From an uncultured Gammaproteobacteria bacterium (GTDB lineage Bacteria > Patescibacteriota > Microgenomatia > UBA8517): DNA of 40,775 nt. The position numbers and the translations under genes are program-made. Under the pieces are notes generated by a model. The model was not told the origin of the DNA and made no database searches. It saw nothing but the letters and a program-made list of their open reading frames with translations. Position 1 is the first letter of the stretch. Each line of letters opens with the position of its first letter. Of the stretch, positions 6,783 to 16,075 are shown piece after piece. The stretch is from NCBI GenBank assembly GCA_964612965.1, contig CAZTGB010000002.1, positions 24,201-64,975 of the forward strand, in the 5' to 3' direction.

Positions 6783-7121
6783 TCATTTTATTTTTTCTAA
6801 AGCATCCTTAAGATCCAGATCAGCCACCTCTATAACACTATGTCCTGCGTTTGGTGGAAAAGCGAATTTAAGTTTTGATGGTGTAGACCTCCAAACTCCA
6901 AATAAATCATAGCTCGGGAACTGAATACTATCTCCCTCATTAAACGACAAATATTTCAAGAGTTCTGCTTTTGGCAAAACAGCTTCTGTTTTAATAACTC
7001 CCGTACTCCCTTTAAAAACCGCTGTTAGTTTAATATTTCCATTTTTACTTTTATCAATTAATAACTCAAGTGGACTATTATCTAATAATATTGGACCTTC
7101 TATGTATATTTTTTCTGTCAT
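6783..7121 (-). CDS. Hypothetical protein (112 aa) inserted between rpsJ and rplC
   Basis: An ATG-started ORF on the same strand as its neighbours that fills the gap after rpsJ. Amino-acid composition looks protein-like, and no family was recognised. Confidence 0.6.
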   Translation of the reverse strand: MTEKIYIEGPILLDNSPLELLIDKSKNGNIKLTAVFKGSTGVIKTEAVLPKAELLKYLSFNEGDSIQFPSYDLFGVWRSTPSKLKFAFPPNAGHSVIEVADLDLKDALEKIK

Positions 7122-7151
7122 TTTATTAATTTATATACCGTCAAATAAGGG

Positions 7152-7463
7152 CTACATCTTAATCTCAATGGAAACACCAGCTGGAAGATCTAGGTTCCCT
7201 AAAGAGTCAACAGTTCTTGGAGATGGATCAATAATATCAATAAGTCTCTTGTGGATTAAAACTTCAAAATGTTCTTGAGCATTTTTATCAGTAAAAGGAG
7301 ACTCTTTGACTGCCATTACTGTTCTTTTTGTGGGGAGAGGGATGGGTCCGATTATTTTTGCACCTGAAGCTAAAGCGGTATCAATGATTTTTGCTGCCGC
7401 CTCATCAATTACTCTATGATCGTATGCTTTGAGTTTTACTCTTAAGCGTAAATTGCTTGCCAT
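7152..7463 (-). CDS. rpsJ: 30S ribosomal protein S10
   Basis: 103 aa with LRVKLKAYDHRVIDEAAAKIIDTA...GPIPLPTKR...HKRLIDI. Confidence 0.95.
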   Translation of the reverse strand: MASNLRLRVKLKAYDHRVIDEAAAKIIDTALASGAKIIGPIPLPTKRTVMAVKESPFTDKNAQEHFEVLIHKRLIDIIDPSPRTVDSLGNLDLPAGVSIEIKM

Positions 7464-7489
7464 CCTTTAAAGTGCTAAAGCTTAAATAA

Positions 7490-8680
7490 TTAAGCTATAA
7501 TTTTGGTGATAACTCCAGATCCTACTGTGTGTCCACCTTCTCTGATTGCGAATCTAAGACCTTCTTCAAGAGCAACAGTCTGGATTAACTTAACTTTCAT
7601 TTTAGCATTGTCTCCAGGCATAACCATTTCAATTCCTTCTGGTAAGGTTGCTTCTCCAGTTACATCAGCTGTTCCAAGATAAAATTGTGGCTTGTATCCA
7701 GTAAAGAATGGTGTGTGACGTCCACCTTCTTCTTTACTTAAAATGTATACTTCTGCTTCAAATTCTGTGTGAGGAGTAACTGTACCTGACTTTGCAAGAA
7801 CTTGTCCTCGTTCTACCTGATCTTTTTCAACACCTCTTAAAAGTACTCCAACATTGTCTCCCGCTTGAGCTTCGTCAAGAGTTTTTCTGAACATTTCAAG
7901 TCCTGTAACAACTGATTTTTGAGTTGGTTTAAGTCCAACAATTTCAATTTCATCGTTAACTTTGACAACTCCTCGATCAACACGGCCAGTAACAACTGTT
8001 CCACGTCCTGAGATTGTAAATACATCCTCAACTGGCATTAAGAATGGTTTATCAGTTGCTCTCACCGGATCTGGAATATAAGTATCAACCGCATCCATTA
8101 ATTCTTGAATTTTCTTTTCAGATTCTGCGTCTCCCTCAGTAGCTTTAAGTGCTGATCCACGAATTACCGGAACATCATCTCCTGGATATTCATATTTCTT
8201 AAGAAGATCTCGAACATCTGCTTCGACTAAATCAATGATTTCTGGGTCATCAACTGTATCGCATTTGTTAAGAAAAACCACAATCGCAGGAACATTAACC
8301 TGTCTAGCTAAAATAACATGCTCGCGGGTTTGAGGCATAGGTCCATCTGCAGCCGAAACAACTAAAATTGCCCCGTCCATTTGAGCAGCTCCTGTAATCA
8401 TGTTCTTGATGTAATCGGCGTGCCCTGGAGCATCAATGTGAGCATAGTGTCTTTTCTTTGTTTCGTATTCTTGATGAGAAAGATTAATGGTGACTCCACG
8501 AGCTTTTTCTTCGGGAGCTGAATCAATGTCTGCATATTTCTTAGCTGTTGCAAGTCCTTGCTTAGCAAGAACCATTGTAATGGCTGAGGTTAAGGTTGTT
8601 TTACCATGATCAACATGACCAATGGTACCTATATTTACGTGTGGTTTACTTCTATCGAATTTTTGTTTTGCGTCTGCCAT
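7490..8680 (-). CDS. tuf: Elongation factor Tu
   Basis: 396 aa with [18 protein letters not shown] and NKCD motifs and full-length EF-Tu similarity. Confidence 0.98.
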   Translation of the reverse strand: MADAKQKFDRSKPHVNIGTIGHVDHGKTTLTSAITMVLAKQGLATAKKYADIDSAPEEKARGVTINLSHQEYETKKRHYAHIDAPGHADYIKNMITGAAQMDGAILVVSAADGPMPQTREHVILARQVNVPAIVVFLNKCDTVDDPEIIDLVEADVRDLLKKYEYPGDDVPVIRGSALKATEGDAESEKKIQELMDAVDTYIPDPVRATDKPFLMPVEDVFTISGRGTVVTGRVDRGVVKVNDEIEIVGLKPTQKSVVTGLEMFRKTLDEAQAGDNVGVLLRGVEKDQVERGQVLAKSGTVTPHTEFEAEVYILSKEEGGRHTPFFTGYKPQFYLGTADVTGEATLPEGIEMVMPGDNAKMKVKLIQTVALEEGLRFAIREGGHTVGSGVITKIIA

Positions 8681-8710
8681 TTGAGCTTTTAATTATAACT
8701 GTCTTCTTTC

Positions 8711-8738
8711 AAAAAACAAGAGGCTTAAAATCTGCCTC
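8711..8738 (-). terminator. Weak terminator-like hairpin in the tuf upstream region
   Basis: Minus strand reads GAGGC-9 nt-GCCTC followed by TTGTTTTTT. The stem is short (5 bp), so confidence is low. Confidence 0.35.
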
Positions 8739-8747
8739 AGTGATCGT

Positions 8748-8777
8748 ATTATATTCGAGGCAAATTGTGCCTGTCAA
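8748..8777 (-). promoter_or_regulatory. Consensus sigma70-type promoter upstream of tuf
   Basis: Minus strand has TTGACA (8777..8772), an 18-nt spacer and TATAAT (8753..8748). Both hexamers match consensus perfectly. Confidence 0.6.
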
Positions 8778-8780
8778 TAC

Positions 8781-9200
8781 CTAATTATTCAACCTTTGGG
8801 GAATAAATTTATTACCTCCAAGCGTTGCTATAAGATCATTTGCTCTACGAATAAGTTCGTCCCTTTCTTCTAAGGCCTCACCTTTGCTAGACGGAGTAGC
8901 AAAATACATGATTCCATCTTTACCTTTTGACGGAACTAATCCGACGAACAACCCCGATTCGTCACCTTTTGATTCTACTACTCCTTTAAGTATATTGAAG
9001 TGAGCATCACTAAGCGGATCTTTCTCCCCATTAATTGCCGGGTAGAAAACAACATTACTATCGACTACCACTTCAGATTCTGATTGTAATGTACCTTTTA
9101 ATACAAGACGTATATCATTCACTGTCTTATCATCAAGTTGATCCCACTTTGGACCTGTTTGTTTTTGAAGTCCGTCTTCTTGAGGTGTCGGTTCTAGCAT
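8781..9200 (-). CDS. Hypothetical protein (139 aa) inserted between fusA and tuf
   Basis: An ATG-started ORF on the same strand as its neighbours, with its own promoter-like signal. No family was recognised. Confidence 0.6.
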   Translation of the reverse strand: MLEPTPQEDGLQKQTGPKWDQLDDKTVNDIRLVLKGTLQSESEVVVDSNVVFYPAINGEKDPLSDAHFNILKGVVESKGDESGLFVGLVPSKGKDGIMYFATPSSKGEALEERDELIRRANDLIATLGGNKFIPQRLNN

Positions 9201-9208
9201 TCTATCTG

Positions 9209-9237
9209 AATTATTTCACAAAAAATATCTATGTCAA
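9209..9237 (-). promoter_or_regulatory. Putative promoter of the 139-aa orphan gene (leaderless geometry)
   Basis: Minus strand has TTGACA (9237..9232, abutting the fusA stop), a 17-nt spacer and ATAATT (9214..9209). Only 8 nt separate the -10 box from the ATG. Confidence 0.45.
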
Positions 9238-11406
9238 TTATCCCCTAGGCATCTCAATTTTCCCAGCCTTAGCAATAATCTGATCTGCAATATTTCTTGG
9301 CACCTCTTCATAATGAGAAGGTTCCATGTAGTAACTGGCTCGTCCTTGCGAAAGTGATCTCAATTTTGTTGCATACCCAGAAAGCTCTGCAAGAGGTGCT
9401 AATGCATTAATTACTGTCATTTGCCCTTTCTGTTCAGTTCCTGAAACTTGTGCACGCTTTGAAGAAAGGTCTCCAATAACATCCCCCATGAATTCGTCAG
9501 GAGTTGAAACCTCAACCTTCATGATAGGCTCAAGAAGAATCGGATCACATCTTCTAAATGCATCCTCAAGTGCCATTGATCCTGCGATCTTAAAGGCAAT
9601 TTCAGAAGAGTCTACATCATGAAAGCTTCCATCGTAGACTACGGCTTTCATATCAACTATTGGAAATCCCGCAATAATTCCATTCTCCATCTTTTCTTTG
9701 ATTCCCTTTTCAATTGGAGAAATGTATTCCTGAGGAATGGCACCACCCTTAATCTCACTCTTGAATTCAAATCCCTCACCACGTCCCAAAGGTTCCAACC
9801 TAAGAAGCGCGTGTCCATACTGCCCACGACCTCCGGTTTGCCTAATGTATTTTCCTTCTCCCTCACCAATCTTCCTAATAGTTTCTTTGTATGCAACCTG
9901 TGGAGCTCCGGTTGTTGCTTCCACATTGAATTCTCTCTTCATGCGGTCTACTAATACTTCAAGCTGAAGTTCACCCATTCCACTAATAATTGTTTGTCCT
10001 GTTTCAGGATTACTCTTTATTCTAAATGTTGGATCCTCATCAGAAAGCTTTCCAAGAGCTAGCCCCATCTTTTCCTGATCAGATTTTGTTGCGGGTTCAA
10101 TAGCAAGTGAAATAACTGGTTCCGGGAAGCTAATTGACTCAAGAAGTAGTGGATGAGAAGCCTCACAAATTGTGTCTCCAGTTGATGTGTCTTTAACTCC
10201 CACAACGGCTACAATCTCTCCAGCATATGCTTCCTCAATAAGCTCTCTTTGATCTGCATGAAGTAATACTAACTTTCCAATTCTCTCTCCTTTTTGTTTT
10301 GTTGTGTTATATACTTCCTCTCCAGCCTTCATAACTCCAGAGTAAACTCTCATATAAACCAAGCGCCCTACATGTGGATCTGTCATGACTTTAAAAGCAA
10401 CGGCAGAAAGCGGGGCTTCGTTCTTTCGTTCACGAGTTTCTATCTCTCCAGTTTTTGGATTAATTCCGGAAACAGGGGGAAGATCTGTAGGGGAAGGTAA
10501 ATACTCAACAACTCCATTAAGAAGTAGTTGACTCTCAGCTGTTCTATTATCTCCTCCGAATACTGGAAAGAATTTACCTGATATAACTCCTTTTCTTATA
10601 GCCCTTTTAATTATTACTTCATCAAGTTCCTGACCTTCTAAGTATTTACTTAGAGCCTCATCATCAAATTCGGCAACTTTTTCAAGAAGCTCACTTCTGT
10701 ATTTATTTGCCATATCAACCAAATCGGCTGGAATCTCTTCTTCTGTTAGACTGTGATCTCCTACCTCCTTATAAGTAAGCGCCTTCATGGTAACCAAATC
10801 AACAACTCCACGATGGGCATGTTCCTGACCTATTGGAATAATAACCGGACAAGCATTTGCTCCAAGTCTTTCATGAATAGATTTAATCGACCCTTCAAAG
10901 TCCGCCCCAATAAGGTTTAATTTATTAAGTACACAAATTCTTGGAACATTATATTTATCAGCCTGTCTCCAAACAGTTTCAGATTGAGATTCAACTCCGG
11001 TTCTTCCATCAAATACCATGACAGCTCCGTCCAAAACGCGAAGTGATCGTTCAACTTCAGCGGTAAAATCAATGTGTCCTGGGGTATCAATTAGATTGAT
11101 TCTGTAATGTCCAGACTCAACTGAGGTGGTTTTTTTTAAATCCCAAAAGGCAGTGATTGCAGCCGAAACAATCGTAATTCCTCGCTCTCTCTCCTGAGCC
11201 ATCCAATCGGTAACCGTCGTTCCTTCATCAACGGACCCCTGTTTGTAAGTTCTTCCTGTTTCGAAAAGAAGTCTCTCGGTAGTCGTGGTCTTTCCAGCAT
11301 CAATATGAGCAATAATCCCTATATTTCGGATTCTTTCCAATGGTACAACACGGTCTTTTGTGGCCGTTGAGACTATTGCTGCTTTTTTCTTTGCTACTTC
11401 TGCCAT
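9238..11406 (-). CDS. fusA: Elongation factor G
   Basis: 722 aa with AHIDAGKTTTTE, DTPGHIDF and NKLN motifs and full-length EF-G domains. Confidence 0.97.
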   Translation of the reverse strand: MAEVAKKKAAIVSTATKDRVVPLERIRNIGIIAHIDAGKTTTTERLLFETGRTYKQGSVDEGTTVTDWMAQERERGITIVSAAITAFWDLKKTTSVESGHYRINLIDTPGHIDFTAEVERSLRVLDGAVMVFDGRTGVESQSETVWRQADKYNVPRICVLNKLNLIGADFEGSIKSIHERLGANACPVIIPIGQEHAHRGVVDLVTMKALTYKEVGDHSLTEEEIPADLVDMANKYRSELLEKVAEFDDEALSKYLEGQELDEVIIKRAIRKGVISGKFFPVFGGDNRTAESQLLLNGVVEYLPSPTDLPPVSGINPKTGEIETRERKNEAPLSAVAFKVMTDPHVGRLVYMRVYSGVMKAGEEVYNTTKQKGERIGKLVLLHADQRELIEEAYAGEIVAVVGVKDTSTGDTICEASHPLLLESISFPEPVISLAIEPATKSDQEKMGLALGKLSDEDPTFRIKSNPETGQTIISGMGELQLEVLVDRMKREFNVEATTGAPQVAYKETIRKIGEGEGKYIRQTGGRGQYGHALLRLEPLGRGEGFEFKSEIKGGAIPQEYISPIEKGIKEKMENGIIAGFPIVDMKAVVYDGSFHDVDSSEIAFKIAGSMALEDAFRRCDPILLEPIMKVEVSTPDEFMGDVIGDLSSKRAQVSGTEQKGQMTVINALAPLAELSGYATKLRSLSQGRASYYMEPSHYEEVPRNIADQIIAKAGKIEMPRG

Positions 11407-11431
11407 AAATCCGATTACAAACCACTGAAGG

Positions 11432-11911
11432 TTACCATTTAAAATGCGAAAAAGCGCGGTTAATTTCTGCTAATTTTTCCATATCCATTCTCTTTTTAAC
11501 TGATCCGCCCTCACCCTTTGAAGCATCCATTATCTCAGCTGCTAATTTCTCAGCATAAGTATGAAATTCCGAATTTGATTTCTTGTTAGCAATCTCAACT
11601 AACCAACGAATTGCCAAAGATTCTTTCCTGGGACCCCTTACTGGTTGTGGAACTTGATATGCAGCTCCTCCAACACGTCTAGATCTAACCTCCATTGAAG
11701 GCTTGATATTTTCAATCGCGGCAACAAAAAGTTTCACTGGATCTTCTTTTGTTTTTTCGCGGATAATCTCAAGTGCTTCATAAATTTCTTTCTGTGCAAC
11801 AGTTTTCTTTCCATCTCGCATGGATCTGTTTATTAACTTTGTCACAAGAACATTTCCGTAAATCGGATCTATCTCAATTTTTCTTGGTCTTGTAACCCCT
11901 CGTCTTGCCAT
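11432..11911 (-). CDS. rpsG: 30S ribosomal protein S7
   Basis: 159 aa with MARRG...DPIYGN..VTKLIN..M.DGKK and a C-terminal RAFSHFKW. Confidence 0.95.
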   Translation of the reverse strand: MARRGVTRPRKIEIDPIYGNVLVTKLINRSMRDGKKTVAQKEIYEALEIIREKTKEDPVKLFVAAIENIKPSMEVRSRRVGGAAYQVPQPVRGPRKESLAIRWLVEIANKKSNSEFHTYAEKLAAEIMDASKGEGGSVKKRMDMEKLAEINRAFSHFKW

Positions 11912-11920
11912 ATTTATGTA

Positions 11921-12343
11921 TTAAGCCTTTACGGCCTGCCCTTTCTTTGCTCCATACTTACTTCTTCCTTTTTGTCTTCCAACTACCCCAGTTGTATCAA
12001 ATTTTCCCCTCACCACTTTATAACGTACTCCCGGAAGATCCTTAACTCGTCCTCCGCGAACCATTACAATCGAATGCTCTGCAAGTTCATGTCCCTCTCC
12101 GGAAATGTGCGCTGTAACCTCCTGTTTGTTTGAAAGTCTAACTCTGGCAACTTTACGCAGAGCCGAGTTAGGTTTTCTGGGTGTCATTGTTCGAACTGAA
12201 AGAATAACTCCGCGCTTAAAAGGAGATGCATTCTCCTTAAAAATTCTATCTTTAGCATTAAACCATCTTTTAAGTGAAGTTGTTTTGGCTTTCTTGCCAA
12301 GTCTTGCGCGTCCTTTTCTGGTTAATTGATTAATCGTTGGCAT
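11921..12343 (-). CDS. rpsL: 30S ribosomal protein S12
   Basis: 140 aa with [29 protein letters not shown] and [23 protein letters not shown]. Confidence 0.97.
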   Translation of the reverse strand: MPTINQLTRKGRARLGKKAKTTSLKRWFNAKDRIFKENASPFKRGVILSVRTMTPRKPNSALRKVARVRLSNKQEVTAHISGEGHELAEHSIVMVRGGRVKDLPGVRYKVVRGKFDTTGVVGRQKGRSKYGAKKGQAVKA

Positions 12344-12345
12344 AC

Positions 12346-15300
12346 TTATTTGTTTTGAGAAATTTGTGCTCTTTCTGGTGAAACCGGTATAAGCCTTCCA
12401 ATAATGACGTTTTCCTTAAGTCCCAAAAGTCTATCTTCTCGTCCAAGAAGAGAACTCTCGGTAAGTACATCAGTTGTCTGCTCAAAAGAGGCTGCAGATA
12501 ACCAGCTGTCTGTATAAAGTGATCGCCTTGTAATACCCAAAATGATTTGCTGGGCGCTCGCAGGCTCTCCTCCAGCCGCCAATGTTTTCTCATTCTCTTC
12601 TTCAAAGGTAGTCTTACTTACCAAATCTCCCGGCAAAAATATTGTATCTCCAGGGGTAACAATTCTAACCTCATCACTCATCTTTTTAGCAATTACTTCA
12701 AAATGTTTGTCATTTATAGGAATTCCCTGGCTTTCATATACTCTTTGAATCTCGTGTACTAAGTACTCTTGAGCCGCTCGAAGACCTCTAATGGAAAGGA
12801 TGTCTTTAATATCAAGCGGTCCTTGAGATAGAGCTGTTCCTGAATCAAGAAGTTCACCATCTTTTATGGCCAACTGAAGAGTTTTTGGAATTATATATTC
12901 GCGCTCTTCCTTTGGTGATCCCTTTGAAGTAATTGTAACTTTCCAACCTTCATCACTTTCGTTAACTCTAACGCGTCCTGCAATCTCAGATAAAGCCGAA
13001 ACTACTTTTGGAGTTCTACTTTCAACAAGCTCCTCAACACGAGGTAATCCCTGTGTAACGTCAACCCCAACCATTCCAGCTGCGTGCTTAGTACGAAGTG
13101 TAAGCTGAGTTCCCGGCTCTCCAATCGACTGAGCAGCAACAACTCCAACAGGCATTCCAATTTCAACAGGTTTCTTGGTTCCCAAGTCCCAGCCATAACA
13201 CTTTGAACACATTCCATAGCGAGTGTCACAAGAAAGTGGGGATCTAATTGTTACTTCAGTTATATTGGCTTCGTCAATTTGTTTTGCGGCAGCCTCATCA
13301 AGTAGATCTCCAGCCACAAACATAGCTTTCTTTGATCCTTTTGCCACAACATCTTGGGCGATGAATCTTCCAGTTAATCTTTGTGCAAAAGATACTGTCC
13401 TAACGTTTTTATTAATTACAAATCCATTCTTGGTTCCACAATCCTCAACACGAATTATCATGTCGTGAGCAACATCAACAAGTCTACGAGTTAAGTATCC
13501 CGCATCAGCCGTTTTAATGGCTGTGTCAGTAAGTCCCTTTCTTGATCCTCTACCTGATGTTACATATTCGAAGATTGAAAGACCTTCACGGAAATTAGAC
13601 TTAATTGGAAGCTCGACAATTTTTCCAAGCGGATCAACCACAAGTCCGCGAATTGCAGCAAGCTGCTTAACTTGATCGCGTGATGCCCGACCCACTTTAG
13701 CATCGATGACAACACGAATAGGGTTAGTAGCTTCAAGCTCATCCCAAGTTTTATCAGCAAGCTCCTCACTAGTCTCGATCCAGACCTCCTGAGTAAGACG
13801 TCTCTTTTCCTCAGCAGTAATAAGTCCTTGAGCAAAGTTATCATCTATCTCAGAAACTTTCGAGTCAGCCTCTTCCAAAAACTTCGCCTTTCCAGGATGA
13901 ACTTTGGCATCAAATACTCCAAATGATAGTCCAGAAATAGTTCCTCCGTAAAAACCTAAATCCTTAATATCATCAACCATTTGAACCACGCGGTCCCGAG
14001 AGCAGCTTGAGTAAGCCTTCTCAAACAATTTTTTAATAATTGTTGATGTCACAGATTCATTAACAAAATCAAAATTTTCAGGGAGTACTTCATTGAAAAG
14101 TATCCTCCCAGGTGTAGTTTCAACGATCTTGGAATCAATCATTATTTTAACCTTTTGTCTAACCCCAACTTTATTTGACTGATAAGCTGTTATGACCTCA
14201 TCACGACTTCCAAAAATTGATTTACATTCTGCAACTAATGCGTCTTCACTTGTTAAGTAATAAACACCAAGAGCAATTTCCTTTGATGAAGGTGTTGCAG
14301 CTGGGCCTCCATCAGAAGGGCGTAGAAGGTTATTTTCAGGAAGCATTAAAGTTTTTGCTTCTTCAATTGCGCGTGCACTAAGAGGAACATGTACAGCCAT
14401 TTGATCTCCATCAAAGTCAGCATTGAAAGCTGCACAAACTGTAGGATGAAGACGAATAGCACTCCCCTCAATCAAAACCGGATAAAAAGCTTGGATAGAA
14501 AGCTTATGAAGAGTTGGTGCGCGGTTAAGTAAAACCGGATGATCTTTTGTAATTTCTTCCAAGATATCAAATACTTCCGCAGGTCTTCGTTCCAATAAAT
14601 TCTTTGCACTTTTAACATTAGGCGCAATTCCTCTTGCAATCATTTCGCGAAGTACAAATGGCTTAAACATTTCAAGAGCCATATCCTTAGGAAGTCCACA
14701 TTGGGTAAGTTTAAGCTCGGGTCCTACTATAATTACGCTACGTCCCGAATAGTCAACACGTTTTCCAAGAAGATTTTGTCTAAATCTTCCTTGCTTCCCA
14801 CGAAGCATGTCACTCAAAGATCTAAGTGGCTGCCTACCTCTTGATTTTCTTGTAGCTTTCCTTTGTGATTGATCAATCAAAGAATCAACCGCTTCCTGCA
14901 ACATTCTTTTTTCATTTCTTAAGATTATTTCGGGAGCTCCTAAACTCATCAAATGTTTAAGGCGATTATTTCTGTTAATCACTCTTCTATAGAGATCATT
15001 TAAATCACTTGTTGCAAAACGCCCCCCCGAAAGCTGAACCATAGGGCGAAGGTCTGGAGGGAGTACTGGCAAGACTTTAAGCACCATGGACTTAGGATCA
15101 ATCTTGGCTCGCCTTAGGCCATCAATCAACTTAAGTCTTTTAACTAACTTTACATACCGGGAGCTTCCACCTTTAATTGTTGCTACTTCTTCTTTAAGTG
15201 ATTTTGAAAGCTCTTCCAAGTTAAGTTTCTCAATTGCAGAAAGAACCGCATCAGCGCCCATCTTTGCTGTGAAAAAGTCGCTTGCTCCATGATTTGAAAG

Positions 15301-16071
15301 CTCATCATATTCTTCCTCACTCAAAATACTTAGTGTTTTAAGCGCCTTAACAACTGAGGCTAAGTTCTCAAAAAGTTGTTCGGTTTTACCAACCGTTGAT
15401 CTCTCTTCTTCATTGACTGCAGCTTCTTTCTTTCTTAAATCAAGTTCTATTTCACTAATTGCTAGTGACAATTGTTCTTTGTTCTTAATCTTTTCTTCAA
15501 TCTTCTTTTTAGCATTAGCTCCCTCAATATTTAACGCTTCGCGTCGTACTTTATAACTTTCAGCAATTTCGCTAAGTCTTTCGTCTTTAACTTTTTGTAC
15601 GCTCTTCAAAGCCTCTTTCTTAGCATCTTCATTAACATCAATTACCAAATATCTCGCAAAATAAATTACTTGTTCAATCCCGCGTGGCGCAACTCCTAAA
15701 ATAAGAGAGATCTTGCTTGGAGCTCCCTTGAAAAACCACACATGTGCAGTAGGGGTGGCAAGAGTGATGTGCCCCATTCTTTCTCGTCTAACTCTACTTT
15801 GTGTAACTTCAACTCCACATTTGTCACAAATCACACCTTTATATCTAATTCTTTTATACTTCCCACAATAACACTCCCAGTCTTTAGTTGGACCAAAAAT
15901 TCTTTCATCAAAAAGTCCATCTTTTTCAGGTTTAAGTGTTCTGTAATTAATAGTTTCTGGTTTTGTAACCTCACCGCGAGACCAGGCACGAATTTCATCT
16001 GGCGAGGCAAGACGCACCACCAAACTTCTAAAATCACTCAAATTTCTTAAATCGTTTAATTGGTTATCCAT
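12346..16071 (-). CDS. rpoC: DNA-directed RNA polymerase subunit beta-prime
   Basis: 1241 aa with the zinc motif [23 protein letters not shown], the catalytic NADFDGD and a trigger-loop region. Confidence 0.98.
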   Translation of the reverse strand: MDNQLNDLRNLSDFRSLVVRLASPDEIRAWSRGEVTKPETINYRTLKPEKDGLFDERIFGPTKDWECYCGKYKRIRYKGVICDKCGVEVTQSRVRRERMGHITLATPTAHVWFFKGAPSKISLILGVAPRGIEQVIYFARYLVIDVNEDAKKEALKSVQKVKDERLSEIAESYKVRREALNIEGANAKKKIEEKIKNKEQLSLAISEIELDLRKKEAAVNEEERSTVGKTEQLFENLASVVKALKTLSILSEEEYDELSNHGASDFFTAKMGADAVLSAIEKLNLEELSKSLKEEVATIKGGSSRYVKLVKRLKLIDGLRRAKIDPKSMVLKVLPVLPPDLRPMVQLSGGRFATSDLNDLYRRVINRNNRLKHLMSLGAPEIILRNEKRMLQEAVDSLIDQSQRKATRKSRGRQPLRSLSDMLRGKQGRFRQNLLGKRVDYSGRSVIIVGPELKLTQCGLPKDMALEMFKPFVLREMIARGIAPNVKSAKNLLERRPAEVFDILEEITKDHPVLLNRAPTLHKLSIQAFYPVLIEGSAIRLHPTVCAAFNADFDGDQMAVHVPLSARAIEEAKTLMLPENNLLRPSDGGPAATPSSKEIALGVYYLTSEDALVAECKSIFGSRDEVITAYQSNKVGVRQKVKIMIDSKIVETTPGRILFNEVLPENFDFVNESVTSTIIKKLFEKAYSSCSRDRVVQMVDDIKDLGFYGGTISGLSFGVFDAKVHPGKAKFLEEADSKVSEIDDNFAQGLITAEEKRRLTQEVWIETSEELADKTWDELEATNPIRVVIDAKVGRASRDQVKQLAAIRGLVVDPLGKIVELPIKSNFREGLSIFEYVTSGRGSRKGLTDTAIKTADAGYLTRRLVDVAHDMIIRVEDCGTKNGFVINKNVRTVSFAQRLTGRFIAQDVVAKGSKKAMFVAGDLLDEAAAKQIDEANITEVTIRSPLSCDTRYGMCSKCYGWDLGTKKPVEIGMPVGVVAAQSIGEPGTQLTLRTKHAAGMVGVDVTQGLPRVEELVESRTPKVVSALSEIAGRVRVNESDEGWKVTITSKGSPKEEREYIIPKTLQLAIKDGELLDSGTALSQGPLDIKDILSIRGLRAAQEYLVHEIQRVYESQGIPINDKHFEVIAKKMSDEVRIVTPGDTIFLPGDLVSKTTFEEENEKTLAAGGEPASAQQIILGITRRSLYTDSWLSAASFEQTTDVLTESSLLGREDRLLGLKENVIIGRLIPVSPERAQISQNK

Positions 16072-16075
16072 ATAA

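Noticed and set aside
6667-6912. An 81-aa plus-strand ORF (GTG start) from the track in the rpsJ-rplC gap.
   Set aside because: About 130 nt of it is antisense to the 112-aa minus-strand ORF, and it has a GTG start with no upstream signal. The shorter ATG-started 45-aa TM ORF in another frame (6632..6769) fits the spacer better, though it too is uncertain.
7837-8031. Alternative-frame minus-strand ORFs inside conserved genes: 7837..8031 in tuf, and likewise 9657..9926, 13002..13229, 13560..13844, 15831..16037, 22857..23039, 25094..25345, 28994..29188, 35018..35221 and 37102..37320.
   Set aside because: They are fully nested out of frame in highly conserved genes. There is no independent evidence for overlapping genes.
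6783-9237. The two orphan genes as cargo of a recent mobile-element insertion.
   Set aside because: No integrase, transposase, tRNA target, flanking direct repeats or visible compositional shift was seen. Both genes are co-oriented and tightly packed with their neighbours.
12330-12605. A 91-aa minus-strand ORF spanning the rpoC 3' end and the rpsL start.
   Set aside because: It is out of frame with, and fully overlapped by, the conserved C-terminus of rpoC. The sequence is not protein-family-like.
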